Virus record (IMG/VR): IMGVR_UViG_3300032245_001228
DNA: 64,000 nucleotides
Source of the DNA: an uncultured virus (IMG/VR IMGVR_UViG_3300032245_001228)
Lineage: Duplodnaviria; Heunggongvirae; Uroviricota; Caudoviricetes
Direction: 5' to 3' (one strand)
The notes beneath the pieces were generated by a model. The model was not told where the DNA came from. It did not search any database and saw nothing but the letters and a program-made list of their open reading frames with translations. Made by a program: the position numbers and the translations under genes. Every line of letters starts with the position of its first letter. Within the stretch, counting starts at the first letter, position 1. This document shows positions 49,440 to 62,100 of the stretch, piece after piece.

Positions 49440-49479
49440 AATTAATCACCTTTAAATATAGTAGTAAAATTATACTATT

Positions 49480-51600
49480 TTATAAATCCTTATGTTTAAA
49501 TTTAATTCTTAAAGAATCAACCTTAGGGGAAACAAACGGATTTTCAAATCTAGAAAAATCTATCCTATACCTTATAGCCTTAGGGGCTGTAGCATTATTG
49601 GATATGTAAGAGAATCTTGACTGATTCTGAATATTTGAAGAGGCTATTATCTCTTTTCTTCCAAATGGATTATCTATAGTAAAATAAAAATTGTCATTCA
49701 TATTTTTATTCCTAAAATCAAATCTATCAAGATAGAAAAAATAATCAGTAAATATAGATCCATAAGTATTTAAATCAATTCCTTCAGTTAAGGAAAAAGA
49801 TATTTGACCAGAAGAAGCTTTATCATAAGTTACGACTATATCATTTATTCCTTCAAGGAAATTCCATTCAACACTTTGACTTAATTGCCCCGATGGTAAA
49901 TCCGCTATTCTAATACCATTTAGATATACCGCTAAATCAAATGTTGATACAGATTTTTTGATAGTGTTAATAACATTGTTTTCTGAATCGCAAATCATTT
50001 TTGTTTTTACATAACCAGAAGATGGAGAATTTATTCCTGGAGAAATAGTCCCCAATTGCTGATATAGAGTGTTGCTCAGTAGTGTGTTGTCTATTGCATT
50101 GATGTCACTATTCCAAGCTTCTATATCTTTATATCTAAATGGAATATTGTTTAATATATAAAAATGTTTAAATGAATTTGTATTTCCCAATAATACTGGA
50201 TTAATATATGTTTCATCATTATCTAGCGCAGCTATTCTATGAACTGTTTTATTTTCATATATTTTATCATTTGGATTTAAATCATTTATATTTTTTGATG
50301 TAGTATCAATAGGAATTAATTCTATTTCTTCATCTTTTGGAATTGATGAAAGATTAATTACATTTTTTGCAGAGCCATTAAAATTGACAACAGATGTAAA
50401 CCCAGCATTTTCTGAACCAGCTGGAGAAATTGGAATCCAATTAAAATCGGAAATAGTGTTTGCACTTGGATTGTCTTCGGCAATATAATAATTAATAACT
50501 CCATCGCTAACAAATTGCTCATCTGTTTCCATTGAAACAGAGTCAATTACCAATTGATCATTGGATTGAACGGGCAATGATATTGGCTTTGAAACTATAG
50601 TGCCGTACTTAGATCTAGTAGAAGCTCCTATAATAAGATCTCTAAGACCCATTCTATACACGTATGGCAGCTGTGAATTTTTATCGATAAGATCTGGTTC
50701 TTTTTTAAAGAAAGTTATTCTTATACTAGAGTAACTCTTTGGCTTTAAAGAAAAACTAAAAGAACTATAATCTCCAGAAGAAAGTTTAGTCAAAGTATCT
50801 TGAGGTGAACCATCTACAGGAGATACTACTAATTGAATGTCTAATGGACTAGATGTTAAAACATATCCCTCCACCTTTGATATAATTGAAGCATTAGATA
50901 TTGGCATATCAAAGCTCAATGCTACTGGAACTGGGGATGATGTCTTGTGCTCATACATCCAATAGGTATCATTTAGGCCATCAAAAACATTATTGAATGT
51001 ACTTGAATCAATAGTATTAGAAACTAGGGTTCCGTTTTCATAAAGAGAAATTGTAGGTCTAGAGTTTATAATATTATCTAAAGAAAATACTGTATATCTA
51101 TCTGAGTTTTCAGCACTTAGCATTGCGTATCCGGAAAGGATGTCTACATATGCTGAACTATAAAAAGTATCTACCTTATCTATATTTGAAAAGTTTTCCG
51201 TATAAGAATAAAAGTATCCTTCAGAATTATTATTTGCAAATAATAAATCGTCCACCTTTGCTTCAAGTGCTTTTCTTTTTGCCTTTAAGTTTTCAATATT
51301 TTTATTTAATGAAGTAACAACTTGGAATAATTCTTCATTGCTATCTAATATGGTGTCATATAAAACATCTAAATTAAATAAACTATTAACCATAAGCTCA
51401 TTCAATAAGTCTACGTTTGTTTTTGCTTCCGAATTCAACGCATTGTAATTTAACCTTAAAGGAAATCCTGGTTTATTTACAGAAAAATAATCACTAAAAG
51501 CTTTTTTTATTTGATGATCTGTTGGTTTGATTCCATTTGAATAATATAATTTATATATGTTTTCAAGAAACCTTGTTTTTTGAACCATAGATATGTTCAT
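49480..51600 (-). CDS. Probable tail/baseplate structural protein
   Basis: Helical N-terminus, coiled coil, NVFDG..DTYW discoidin-like segment, C-terminal SPKVD. Confidence 0.65.
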   Translation of the reverse strand: MNISMVQKTRFLENIYKLYYSNGIKPTDHQIKKAFSDYFSVNKPGFPLRLNYNALNSEAKTNVDLLNELMVNSLFNLDVLYDTILDSNEELFQVVTSLNKNIENLKAKRKALEAKVDDLLFANNNSEGYFYSYTENFSNIDKVDTFYSSAYVDILSGYAMLSAENSDRYTVFSLDNIINSRPTISLYENGTLVSNTIDSSTFNNVFDGLNDTYWMYEHKTSSPVPVALSFDMPISNASIISKVEGYVLTSSPLDIQLVVSPVDGSPQDTLTKLSSGDYSSFSFSLKPKSYSSIRITFFKKEPDLIDKNSQLPYVYRMGLRDLIIGASTRSKYGTIVSKPISLPVQSNDQLVIDSVSMETDEQFVSDGVINYYIAEDNPSANTISDFNWIPISPAGSENAGFTSVVNFNGSAKNVINLSSIPKDEEIELIPIDTTSKNINDLNPNDKIYENKTVHRIAALDNDETYINPVLLGNTNSFKHFYILNNIPFRYKDIEAWNSDINAIDNTLLSNTLYQQLGTISPGINSPSSGYVKTKMICDSENNVINTIKKSVSTFDLAVYLNGIRIADLPSGQLSQSVEWNFLEGINDIVVTYDKASSGQISFSLTEGIDLNTYGSIFTDYFFYLDRFDFRNKNMNDNFYFTIDNPFGRKEIIASSNIQNQSRFSYISNNATAPKAIRYRIDFSRFENPFVSPKVDSLRIKFKHKDL

Positions 51601-53519
51601 ATTTGTTTAACCTTTACTGCTAATTTATATGAATAGACTACAGGAACAATGTTTCCAGTTCCTTTAATCAATTTAATTCTAACACATATATTCTTAACTT
51701 GTTGAGGGATATTGTATGCAACTTTATTTATTGTTGTTTTTGGATAATCAACATACTGTACACCAGGTAGTTTAAATTCGTTTCCAATTTTTTGATTTAT
51801 TGAAAAAACTTCAGGAACGTAAGCAGTGCTCGTCTTGTTTGTGGAGTAGCCTGATTGAACTGGAGAAATCTGTATCCATTGTTTGCCAGAGTCAAAAGAA
51901 ATATAACCTTCTATATAAGCACCAGAGTTAGCTATCTCATTGTAGTTACTATCTATATCTAACATTACAGATTCGACAGGTAAATCGTAGTTGTATGATT
52001 TGGATATAATTTCAGCTGAATTTTCATATTGTTCATAAGTTAAAGATACATCTGAAATTGCTATTGACATTCTTTTAGCTGGCAAAACTTCTCTGTTAAC
52101 TTTAATTGGAACACTAAATGTTTCTTCTTTTAATTTAGAACCAACATTACCGCTAAGAGATTGAACGGTAATGCTAATATTTTGATTTAAAGATGTATCT
52201 TTTTTAAAGATATTTGGATTAGTTAATGGTGGTATAATTGCAGCTTTGTTATAATTAACTTTATTATACATATCTTTATTTAAAAGTTCTGGATTAAATC
52301 TAATGGTTCCATAGAACGGACTGTTGTCTTGATTTTGCAGTTGGTAATTTGTTGTCCAATAATTATGAAGAATTTCAACATCATTATAATAAGGCTGCTC
52401 CATAACAATCCTGCACTCTAAAATTGTTCTTTCTGTAAAACGAAAAGTTGCTGAATTAAGTGAGTAATTTTTAACTGATTCTTTAGTTAAATTTTCTACT
52501 GACAGTCCTATAAAATATTCTTCTGGAAGAATATCTTCTACTTGTTTAGAAGCATCTGTAATATATATATGTTTTACTTTTACGATTTTAGATGAATCAA
52601 AATTTGGAGTTATTGTAATTGAATTAGCTTTTTGTGTTGATCTGGATTTTAAAGTAAAATCTAATCTTAATGGATCATTCATATTATGATTTGACCAATT
52701 AACTAAAGAGTTTTTTGCTACGGTTGACAAAGTAGTATCATCAACTATGTAACAAAATTCATTTTGATGACGGAATACATTGTCTTTTGGTTCAACAGAA
52801 ATTGCTTCATAAACAAAAAATGAAGCTGGATTTAAATCTGCCATATGAACTGCATTAGAAGTGCTAGGTGGATTTAAAAATTTGTATTCATAATTAATAT
52901 CAGAAATATTATTTGTTTTTTTTACAGCTAAATTGTTATCGCCTATAAAACCATTAGATGGATTTATAATTATCTCATTTGGCTGCCATCTTACAGGATT
53001 GTCTTTTATTTTTATTGAAGCAAAGCCACCAGTAATCATCGGGTTTTGACTGACTGGAGTATTTGTCCAATCAATGTAATCTCCATTCTCAAATGAATCG
53101 CCATTATAAACTATGTCATTTGACGGACTTGAACTATACATCTGAAGTATTTTAGTTTTAGAAAAAATTCTTTCTGTATACTTTTTTTCGTTTTCTATTT
53201 CAGTAGAAAATAAATTAAAAATACTAATTGCTTTTGCATTTAAGAAATCTAATTGTTTTGCTGATACGTTAATGTCATCTCTTATTGCATTTATAAATTT
53301 GTTCATCTTAGTAGATGATGGCGGCTCTCCAAGAGTAAACAGCTCTAATGAAGCTTGTGGTGAATTTACCTTCTCGTGTATTTCTGTTAGATAGTTATGA
53401 AACTCTTGCAGGATGTCTTGTTTGGTAACATATTTTCCTTCAGACTGTTTCTTAGCAATAGCGGCAATACTGATCGCTATTTGATCATAAACTAATGTAA
53501 TTGGAGAAAGTTGTGCCAT
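51597..53519 (-). CDS. Probable tail/baseplate structural protein
   Basis: GEPPSSTKMN...D; ISFDSGKQWIQISP; C-terminal VPVVYSYKL. Confidence 0.65.
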   Translation of the reverse strand: MAQLSPITLVYDQIAISIAAIAKKQSEGKYVTKQDILQEFHNYLTEIHEKVNSPQASLELFTLGEPPSSTKMNKFINAIRDDINVSAKQLDFLNAKAISIFNLFSTEIENEKKYTERIFSKTKILQMYSSSPSNDIVYNGDSFENGDYIDWTNTPVSQNPMITGGFASIKIKDNPVRWQPNEIIINPSNGFIGDNNLAVKKTNNISDINYEYKFLNPPSTSNAVHMADLNPASFFVYEAISVEPKDNVFRHQNEFCYIVDDTTLSTVAKNSLVNWSNHNMNDPLRLDFTLKSRSTQKANSITITPNFDSSKIVKVKHIYITDASKQVEDILPEEYFIGLSVENLTKESVKNYSLNSATFRFTERTILECRIVMEQPYYNDVEILHNYWTTNYQLQNQDNSPFYGTIRFNPELLNKDMYNKVNYNKAAIIPPLTNPNIFKKDTSLNQNISITVQSLSGNVGSKLKEETFSVPIKVNREVLPAKRMSIAISDVSLTYEQYENSAEIISKSYNYDLPVESVMLDIDSNYNEIANSGAYIEGYISFDSGKQWIQISPVQSGYSTNKTSTAYVPEVFSINQKIGNEFKLPGVQYVDYPKTTINKVAYNIPQQVKNICVRIKLIKGTGNIVPVVYSYKLAVKVKQI

Positions 53520-53530
53520 ATAGTATCTTC

Positions 53531-56158
53531 TTAATTTGTAGAAATTGTTTTAGTTAATTTATCGTAATAAGGATCATAATTTTTAGTTTTTGCTTTTAAC
53601 AGAACTAAATCAGCTGCACCGCTAAATGTGGTGTCTGAAGTATTTTTTCTTATTATTAATCTGAATCTAATAGTATCCGCCAAGTAATCATAGAATGCAG
53701 TTATATCTCCATCAATTTGTTTATTGAAGATAATATTTTTTCCATTTTGAATAAAGTAATACAGATCAGTGGACTCTGGGAATTCTGGGAATTCTTTAGT
53801 TCCAGTATAGTTGGTTAGGTTTATCGCAAAAGACCCGTCCGGCATTTGTAGTTTTATTGGGCTATATCCTTGTTGACTGCCAGAAAATATAGTACCAACT
53901 AACTTACTGTATATAGCTGTGTTTATATTTCTTGTATCTATATGAGGAATCTGAGCTAGCTGTATTCTATTTAGCGCATCAGTTCCAGAAAAGGTTTCAT
54001 TAGAATTGCCAGATCCAGAAGAAGACTTTAATGTTTCATCTAATAAGCCAAGTCTAAAAAAATCTACATAATCAACATTATATAGAGATAAATCTATTGT
54101 ATATGAACAAGAATAAATTGAATCTCTTTCAAGTGTACTAATTATAATATTATTGCCATTTAATTTATATTGACTTGGATTTATTGTTGTCCCGTTTTTA
54201 AAAATTTTAATTGTATCTGTCTTGAAAGGAAATCTAGTCTTGCAAGAAAATGATTGTTGATCAAAAAACAAAACTTCTGAATCAATTACGTCAACTCCAG
54301 ATTCACATACTGGCAGCCAATCATCTTCAATTGAAGGGTTTTCTTTGTTTGATATTGAAAGCTCATAAGATACCGGATACTTTAAATCTAATGTTGAATT
54401 CAATAAATTAAATTGATTTTGATTTTTAATAACCTTTGCTTTAATAGCTAAAGGGTAACCATTAAAATTTATCTTCTTACTAACAAAACATGCTTTTGTT
54501 TTTTCATTTGGAGTTACTTCGCAAAAATCTATAGATTTAATAGAGAAAGAGTATTCATAGGCATTAGATACTTCTGTATTGAGTAACTCTTTGAGAAGCG
54601 GTTTTTTCCAAGGCTGCTTGCTTTCAACTCCTGTTTGATCAGAGAATGAAACATTATTAGTATTTTGAACTGGTAAAAATACTGGTTTATTAAAATTAAA
54701 GTTTGATCTTACGTTGCTATCTGAATTAATAAAAACTGATTTTTCAAAAATTTGTCCATTATCTCCCATTGAGTTAATAAAAATGTTTTTAAATAAATCT
54801 GATATAAGATTACTTGGTAAGACGCTAGTTGTATCCATGTCAAATTTTTCATAAATATAACTACCCTGATAATCCATTGAGGAAAAACCTTTATCAATCA
54901 CAGGATATTTATAACTATAATAATTATCTATGCTATTATATTCATTTTTTGATGTTTGATTATACGAATTGTTTTTTAAGAAAAGATTATACACAAGACT
55001 TTGAAGCTTGTCTGTATTCTTTTGTTTTATTTCTTTAATTATTTTAGCAGTGTTATACAGTCCCTTTGAATTTATCTCAGTTGTTACTGGCATATTTTCT
55101 GTTCTGATATAAGTTGGTTGATTAAAAATTAATATAATCATCTTAACAGTGCTCTTAGGAAACATTATTTCTGTCAAACCATCTATGGCTCTCGGAGCAG
55201 AAAGTACACCAAATTCTTCCCTAAATAAAAACTCTGATTCATTAGGGAGCGTGTCGTCATAGGTATCTGAATAATTATTTATATCCCAAAAATCTTTTTC
55301 AAAAAGAACAACTTGTAAAAGTTGTAATCCATTACTTAAGTTTGGATTAATTAAAATAGAATCCATTGTTTGTGGTGCATCAAATGAAATTTCTACTACT
55401 GTTTGTGCTCCGTTAATATACTTTGTTGAATAATTTATATATTTAGAATAATTAGATAATTTTGAAGTAAGTATTATTGGAGACTTTGCAGTTACCGACC
55501 AGGCATCTGCCGTAACATCATTTAATACTTTATCAAATCCAGTGTCTGTTGTTATATAATTATCATAGTTATTAACTATCGAAAATGTACAGTCTAATAG
55601 ATTCTTATTAAATACTTTTTCCCCAATTTTAAATATTCCCAACCTAGTATCAATAAAACCATTTCCTAAAGTATCGAAAAATTCTCCGTCTCTATCGGTA
55701 AGAACAATTGTATTGTTATCTGCCGTGTAGTCATTCATGAAGTTATCAAATTTTTCTATATAATTAGAATTAAACAAATCATCTTTTCCAGAAATGTATT
55801 CATAGTTATCTATATACAATTCTAAGTTTTCTATATCTTTTTCTATTTTTTGTATTTCTAAAGAGAAAACATCCTTTATAGAATTAATAAAAAGATTAAC
55901 TAAATTTGCAGAAGCATAGTAGTTTCTTATCCTGAGGTCAGCATCTCTAAATATGTCAGTGAACACTATCTTATTAAGTTCTGCAAATGATGAGAAGGTG
56001 GACGGAGAAAATTTAGAGTCTGCTTTAAATAAATTTAATCTTGAAACCAAAGACTGAATGTCTTGCTTGCTTGATTTAATTTCTTTTATCAAAGAACTAA
56101 CAGAAGCCTGTGAATTATTCGATAAGGTATTCATTATAGTTGGAAGAAATTTATTCAT
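53531..56158 (-). CDS. Probable tail/baseplate structural protein
   Basis: 875 aa with the same architecture as its neighbours. Confidence 0.6.
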   Translation of the reverse strand: MNKFLPTIMNTLSNNSQASVSSLIKEIKSSKQDIQSLVSRLNLFKADSKFSPSTFSSFAELNKIVFTDIFRDADLRIRNYYASANLVNLFINSIKDVFSLEIQKIEKDIENLELYIDNYEYISGKDDLFNSNYIEKFDNFMNDYTADNNTIVLTDRDGEFFDTLGNGFIDTRLGIFKIGEKVFNKNLLDCTFSIVNNYDNYITTDTGFDKVLNDVTADAWSVTAKSPIILTSKLSNYSKYINYSTKYINGAQTVVEISFDAPQTMDSILINPNLSNGLQLLQVVLFEKDFWDINNYSDTYDDTLPNESEFLFREEFGVLSAPRAIDGLTEIMFPKSTVKMIILIFNQPTYIRTENMPVTTEINSKGLYNTAKIIKEIKQKNTDKLQSLVYNLFLKNNSYNQTSKNEYNSIDNYYSYKYPVIDKGFSSMDYQGSYIYEKFDMDTTSVLPSNLISDLFKNIFINSMGDNGQIFEKSVFINSDSNVRSNFNFNKPVFLPVQNTNNVSFSDQTGVESKQPWKKPLLKELLNTEVSNAYEYSFSIKSIDFCEVTPNEKTKACFVSKKINFNGYPLAIKAKVIKNQNQFNLLNSTLDLKYPVSYELSISNKENPSIEDDWLPVCESGVDVIDSEVLFFDQQSFSCKTRFPFKTDTIKIFKNGTTINPSQYKLNGNNIIISTLERDSIYSCSYTIDLSLYNVDYVDFFRLGLLDETLKSSSGSGNSNETFSGTDALNRIQLAQIPHIDTRNINTAIYSKLVGTIFSGSQQGYSPIKLQMPDGSFAINLTNYTGTKEFPEFPESTDLYYFIQNGKNIIFNKQIDGDITAFYDYLADTIRFRLIIRKNTSDTTFSGAADLVLLKAKTKNYDPYYDKLTKTISTN

Positions 56159-59100
56159 AATTTTTTGTTGTCCATGTTATACCGTCTAAATTTTGAATCT
56201 CAAAGGAAACACCAGCTGTAATGTTTCTATTAACTATATCATAAATTTCTTCAATATTAGTAAAATTAGATTTGACTCCGTCTGGTATTCTGATGGCTAC
56301 ATATCCACCCTTTGGATAAGCCCTTGGACTTACTGAATACATATCCCAGTAAGCATGTGTTCCGTCTATCTGAGATAGGGTTGTGTATGAATCTATGTCT
56401 GATGTAACTCCGCCACCCTTAATTCTTACATCGTATATATCCACTGATTTTTGTTCAGGGTTATTAGTGGTGTAGATGATTCCTATTGGAAGTGCGATAG
56501 GGTTGTACTTGTGAGACATCTTATCAAATATACTTGGGTCATAAGTAAAATGAACAGGATATGAATTATTATATTCTGTTACTGGTATTTTTGTTGTAGT
56601 AGATGGTTGTGGCTCAAAACCTTCTAGCATAATATGAACTGGTGTATTCAGTATATTTATTTTTGTTGGCATTAAGTAAATGTACAGCGGCTTATTGTTG
56701 TCAATCTTATCTTTATTTAAGAATGGATTTAGAGGTATCTCTTCTCCTTCAACTTGGTACATCCAAATTGTAGAATCTTTTATAGTATAATCTACTTTTA
56801 TTAGAGAAGGATCTGATGAAATTATTTGTTCTTCAAATTCTATAATTCCATTTTCTGCGTCTATATCTTTTATTAAATAATTAGGAATCTTTGACCAGGT
56901 TGCCGATTCACTTGCTCTAATATAGATGCTTACGGCTGGAACTATTGCTGGAACTACAGATTCAACTTCATCTTCTATGGCCATAGTGTAGTGCAGTATT
57001 GGAGTATGGCGAAGTTTAATTCTGTCTGTAGATACTATAGTTGGAATTTCATTATTTATATCTTTACAGTTTTCTCCAAAAATTCTAGAAAATTTACCAT
57101 CTAATATTGCTTCAGATGTATCATATGTGCAATATAGATATTGATTTACATACTTAGATTTCCAATCCGTATAAATATAATCTCTAGTTATTGGAACAAT
57201 TTTATTAAATGATCCAACTGTTACTCTTAATGGCCAAGCTTCCTTGCCACTAGCAGCATCTGACATTTCTGCTACTTTTATAGCAGTAGAGTTTTTATAT
57301 TTTACGGAATAAACAGGTGTAATCATTTTGGGAGAAATGTTAACTGGCTTAAATGTGTTCGTGCTTTGTACGCCAACATAATCAACCTTATCACTTATAT
57401 TTCCATCAGCGTCATATGCCATGACTGCAAGATATATATTATTTACACCTCTTGTTATTATTTCATTATATGAAATAAGTTTTCCTATAAATTCTTGTTC
57501 ATTCTTATCATAAAATCCATAAAATAATCCTTCATCTTTAAATAATTTATTATTAACAGAAACATATCCGTAATTAATATCAAATTTAAGTGAAGGGTCA
57601 TATAAAGTAATGATCGCAATTTCGTTTCTTACTTCTCCTGGAGTTGGTATGCCAACAGGTTTGCCGTTTACGTCAGACAAAAGAACTATTCCATCATTTG
57701 CTGTAACTGAATCTAATTTGCCTATTATCCCACCATTAGTTGTAATCAATTGAAAATCATTAACAATTTTTTCTTCAGATATATAAGTTTTTGAATCACC
57801 GTAATATGATGCGGAAGTGGCTAAAGAAACACTAGTTGTTTGCTGTGATCCAATTGTGATCCTGTCAGGAATACTTCCTCCATACGTGATGGTGAGTACA
57901 CTGTTTGCATTAACTGTTTGACCATCTGAGGATGAATTTATTTCTAAAATTTGTACAGAGTTATTTATATCTATTGATGCACTTGAAACTTTAGTAAAGT
58001 CTACAGTTATTCCCTTGTTTGTTATGGTATCTATTGCATTTGGATCTTGGACAATTAACTTATTTACTAAGTTATTTAATGAGCTATCATTTACTGCAAG
58101 TTGTGGGTTAAACGTTCTGGTGTATCTCTTGCCCAAATATGTATACTCTATACTGTCTAATAAGATATTTTTTCCATTTAAATATGAAAGATTATATTCT
58201 CTATTAATTGGAGATAAGGCAGACAAGTTTTCAAAGCTTTCCGTTAAATACCCAATAGCATTTATTTTTAATTTTGTTGTTTGAATTTTATCTTTATAAA
58301 CTATGTCTCTTGATATTTCATCAAAATCTTTTACAACATTAACTATTTCTATAAGCTCTGGGTCAGCTTCACTTGGCTGTTCTATGTAAACAAGATCTTC
58401 TACCCATTTTGAATTGTCATTATCCCAACCATAAAACTTATTTTCTAAAGTAGTGTATATTAAATGCTTATCTAGAGATGTAGCTAAACTTGATCCATCT
58501 TCTCTAGGAGAACTTAACCAAGACAGATTCGGATCTGGGTTACCGTCTTTATCAAGTAACCAGAATTGAGCCAACTCTTCTATGGCTGGCTTATTAATAC
58601 TTGGGAAAGCTTGATGAATTTCGTTGAAATCAAGTATCTGATCTTCAATGATATCATCTGGTCGTTTTGTTGTTGCTGGTGTTGTTACATCTGCAGTTAT
58701 CGAAAGTATTCCAAATCCTTCAGCTAGGTTTCCATACTTGCCACCTAACTGTTTGCCGTTTGTTTGAATACGAACAAACATATATCTACATGTACTAGTA
58801 GGCGCATTGATTGGTATTGTTATATTGTTTGCAGAATCTATCGCCGGAGCATTTGCTTTATGTACTTTATATGATTTATATATCGCGTTTGATGCTATCT
58901 TAGTTGTTCCAACATTAATCGGATTTGAATCAGTGTATCCATATCCAACTATTTTAACTTTATTCCACGGAGCTCCTTCAAATTTTATAGTTACATTTCT
59001 AACTTTTTCATATTTTTCTGGTTGTGGGATGGCAAAGAATATAAAATCTTCTATTGTTGTAGGAGAAGCGCTAACGTTTCCTGTAAAAGAAATTCTTCTA

Positions 59101-62100
59101 TATGGATTGCCAGAATTGATTTCAGAAGCAGATATTTGCTTAAATACAGCTTCAGGAAACTGCGCGACTCCGTACTGTTGTGCTAAATTAATTACATTAT
59201 TATAATAAATTGGTTCATTTACTCTCCAAAATCTTAAGACATAAGCCATTAAAGATTTTGTTTCGCTATCAACAACTCCATCTGGTGGATACAATAGCTT
59301 AACTCTTGGAACTAGTCCTGCTCCAACTTGACCTGTGCCAACCTTGGTCTGAAACTGTTTTACAGCTGCGCTTAAAGCAGCCGTATATGTATTGTTATCT
59401 TCTGTTTTAGCCTTCATATTATAAAGGCCAGATACCTGCATCATTACTTTAATGTATCTTACATAAGGATGCTTTGATCCAACTCTCCAGGTTTCAAGTG
59501 GGTATCCACTTTGAGCTACATCTATATCCCAAGTATATTCAAAATTTTTAAAATTAGTTAAAGTCAAATCGCTTAATATATTTTGTCTTCCACTTATTAA
59601 TATTTCTCTAGCAGAAACTATATCAGTACATGGAACAGCTTCTACATCTACTCCAGGAACATTTACATCTGGCTCTGATGGTGAAGGGTGTGTTATTATT
59701 TTATTTTTAAAAGCGTAGTTTCTTGTAACTATTCCTATGATTGAAACAGATCTCAGTGCAGCATCTGCCGTGTATTCTAGGTTAAGTTTTGTTCTTAAAG
59801 TTCCACTAAAAGCAATTGATTTTTCACTTGTAGAAACTCTAGAATATCTAGTAGCTAAAGAGAATGGATATGATTTAAAATATGCGCTAGGAGTTATTGA
59901 AGAATTGATAGCTCTAGTTCCACCAACTTTTATTTCTTTCATTTCTCTTAGCGCATATGTGCCATAGCCGCTTGGAATGTGGAGTGGGTTAGACTTTTTT
60001 TCTGTTAACGCAAATATTTTTTGATCTTTATCTACAATTTTATATATAAAATAAGAAGTTGGAAAATTTTCTAAAGAAGAATTAGTAATTTTTACTTCAG
60101 AAAGATTGGATATTTTTGCCGGTGAAGAAACAATAACATCTGGATTTGTTATCTCTATATAAAAATCAGTATTATTAGCTAACACTGTTGGATTAATTAT
60201 ATGAGAAGATACAGAAGAAGGTATTGATTGTGTTACTTTTTCTAAATAATATTTTACAATAGAATCTTTATTCGGAATCAAGTCTCTTGCATATTTAATG
60301 ACTGATGAATTTGAAGAAACATTTGTAAAGTACTTACTCTTTTCATCGTCAAAAAGAACATCTTGATCCATAACCCAAGATGATTCCCATGGGCCAACAA
60401 AGTTATATAGAGAAGGTCTAATGTCAACTTTTTTAGATAGTTGAGAACTACTGTACAGTGCATAGGCTACTGAGTTATAAAGAAGCTTAAATGGACCCTC
60501 AACGAAACCCGGCATTTGTAGGTAATTTTGTTGATCGTAAGCTACCGGACCAATATTGAGATCTGTAATACTTGGTGTATCGGCTGTATTGTATACAGTA
60601 TTGCAGTATTCTAAGAATGAAAAAGAAGTAAATATGATATTACCTTGAGCAAGTTTGTCTCCGGTAGCTCCAAATGTGAATGTTGCTCCAACGCTATTTT
60701 TTGAACTTGAACTTATTCCTATATTCAAAAAAGATTTATCTGTGTTTGTTAAATCTAGATATCTATAGTTTGCTTTTTTGATTCCAAATAATCCATATTG
60801 TGGTTTATTAAATATTGTTGAATCAATGTTCCAACCACCATTTTTATTTTCATCAAGTACAGAAGATTCTATATACTCATAGTATGACGCTACTACTGCA
60901 GCTGATACATCTTGTTTTTTAATTTTAATGTCGCTAAATATAAATGGAACATCTCCAGGATAAGATGATGCATCAACAAGCAGTGTTCCGTTTTTAATGG
61001 TTATATAATTAGTTAATATATTTGTAGCTTTTTCAGAAAGTCTTGAAGTTGGCGCAAAAGAAAGAATGTCATAATCATCAAGATTATCTACAGATTGAAT
61101 ATCCACCATCCAATATCTTGCTTCAGACTTATTTGGTTTGCCGCCTTCTATAGATTGGATCCAGAATCCAGATTCAACTTTTGGATTTTGAAAAACATAC
61201 TTAGAAAGATTAAAGGAAGATTTTTCTAATCTATAAAAAACATAAGGTTTGATATTTTCTAAAGAAGTTGTATCATTGGAATCGTAAAGAACCCCAACAT
61301 TTATAGTCCTTTGCTTTATCTCTCCAGATTCTTCTGCGTTCTTTGAGTTATCAACGATATCAAAATTAACTGATTGATTAACTCTTGCAACTACTCTCCA
61401 GTTAAATGCTTCATATGTTCTATTATCAAACAAAGCTTTTCTTGGAACAAAAACTTGATGACTACTATAATCTAAGTTATGAGTAAATATATCTGAATAT
61501 TTTTTATTTAATTTTTTAATTGAAAATACTTTTTTATTATTCTTAGATATAACTTGAGCTTCTTCTGCTATTTGAGTATATAAAGAAACTGCGTTTATTG
61601 TTTCTGTATATCTTAAATTCTGTGAAAGAACTTCACCGTTAGAATCGCAAACTACTTTATCATAAACCAATTTAAGATTAACTGGATCGGATGAATCTAA
61701 TCCAATTATTATTCTATATGGTATTTCTGAGTTTGTAGAATTAGTCTCAGTTATATATGGCTCTAATAATATTTTATATTTTTTTCTTAAACTATTTTTA
61801 TCTACATATTCTTGATTTTGCGAATCTAATACTTTAATATTTATATTTTTATAAAAAGAAATATCATAATAATCATCTAAATCTATTATAGAATAACCGG
61901 TTGGAGCTATAACAAAAAATTTACTTACATAATAATAATGTAAAAAATCTGTTTCATTTATTTTGTCTGGATAAATTCTTTCTGTAATAAAATTTTTTGA
62001 AAGAGCTATATCGCTAATCGTAATGTCTGAACTATATACATCAGCATTACCGTTTTCGTCCTGGAGAATACCTAACTCATTGGCGTAAAGGAACTTTGTT

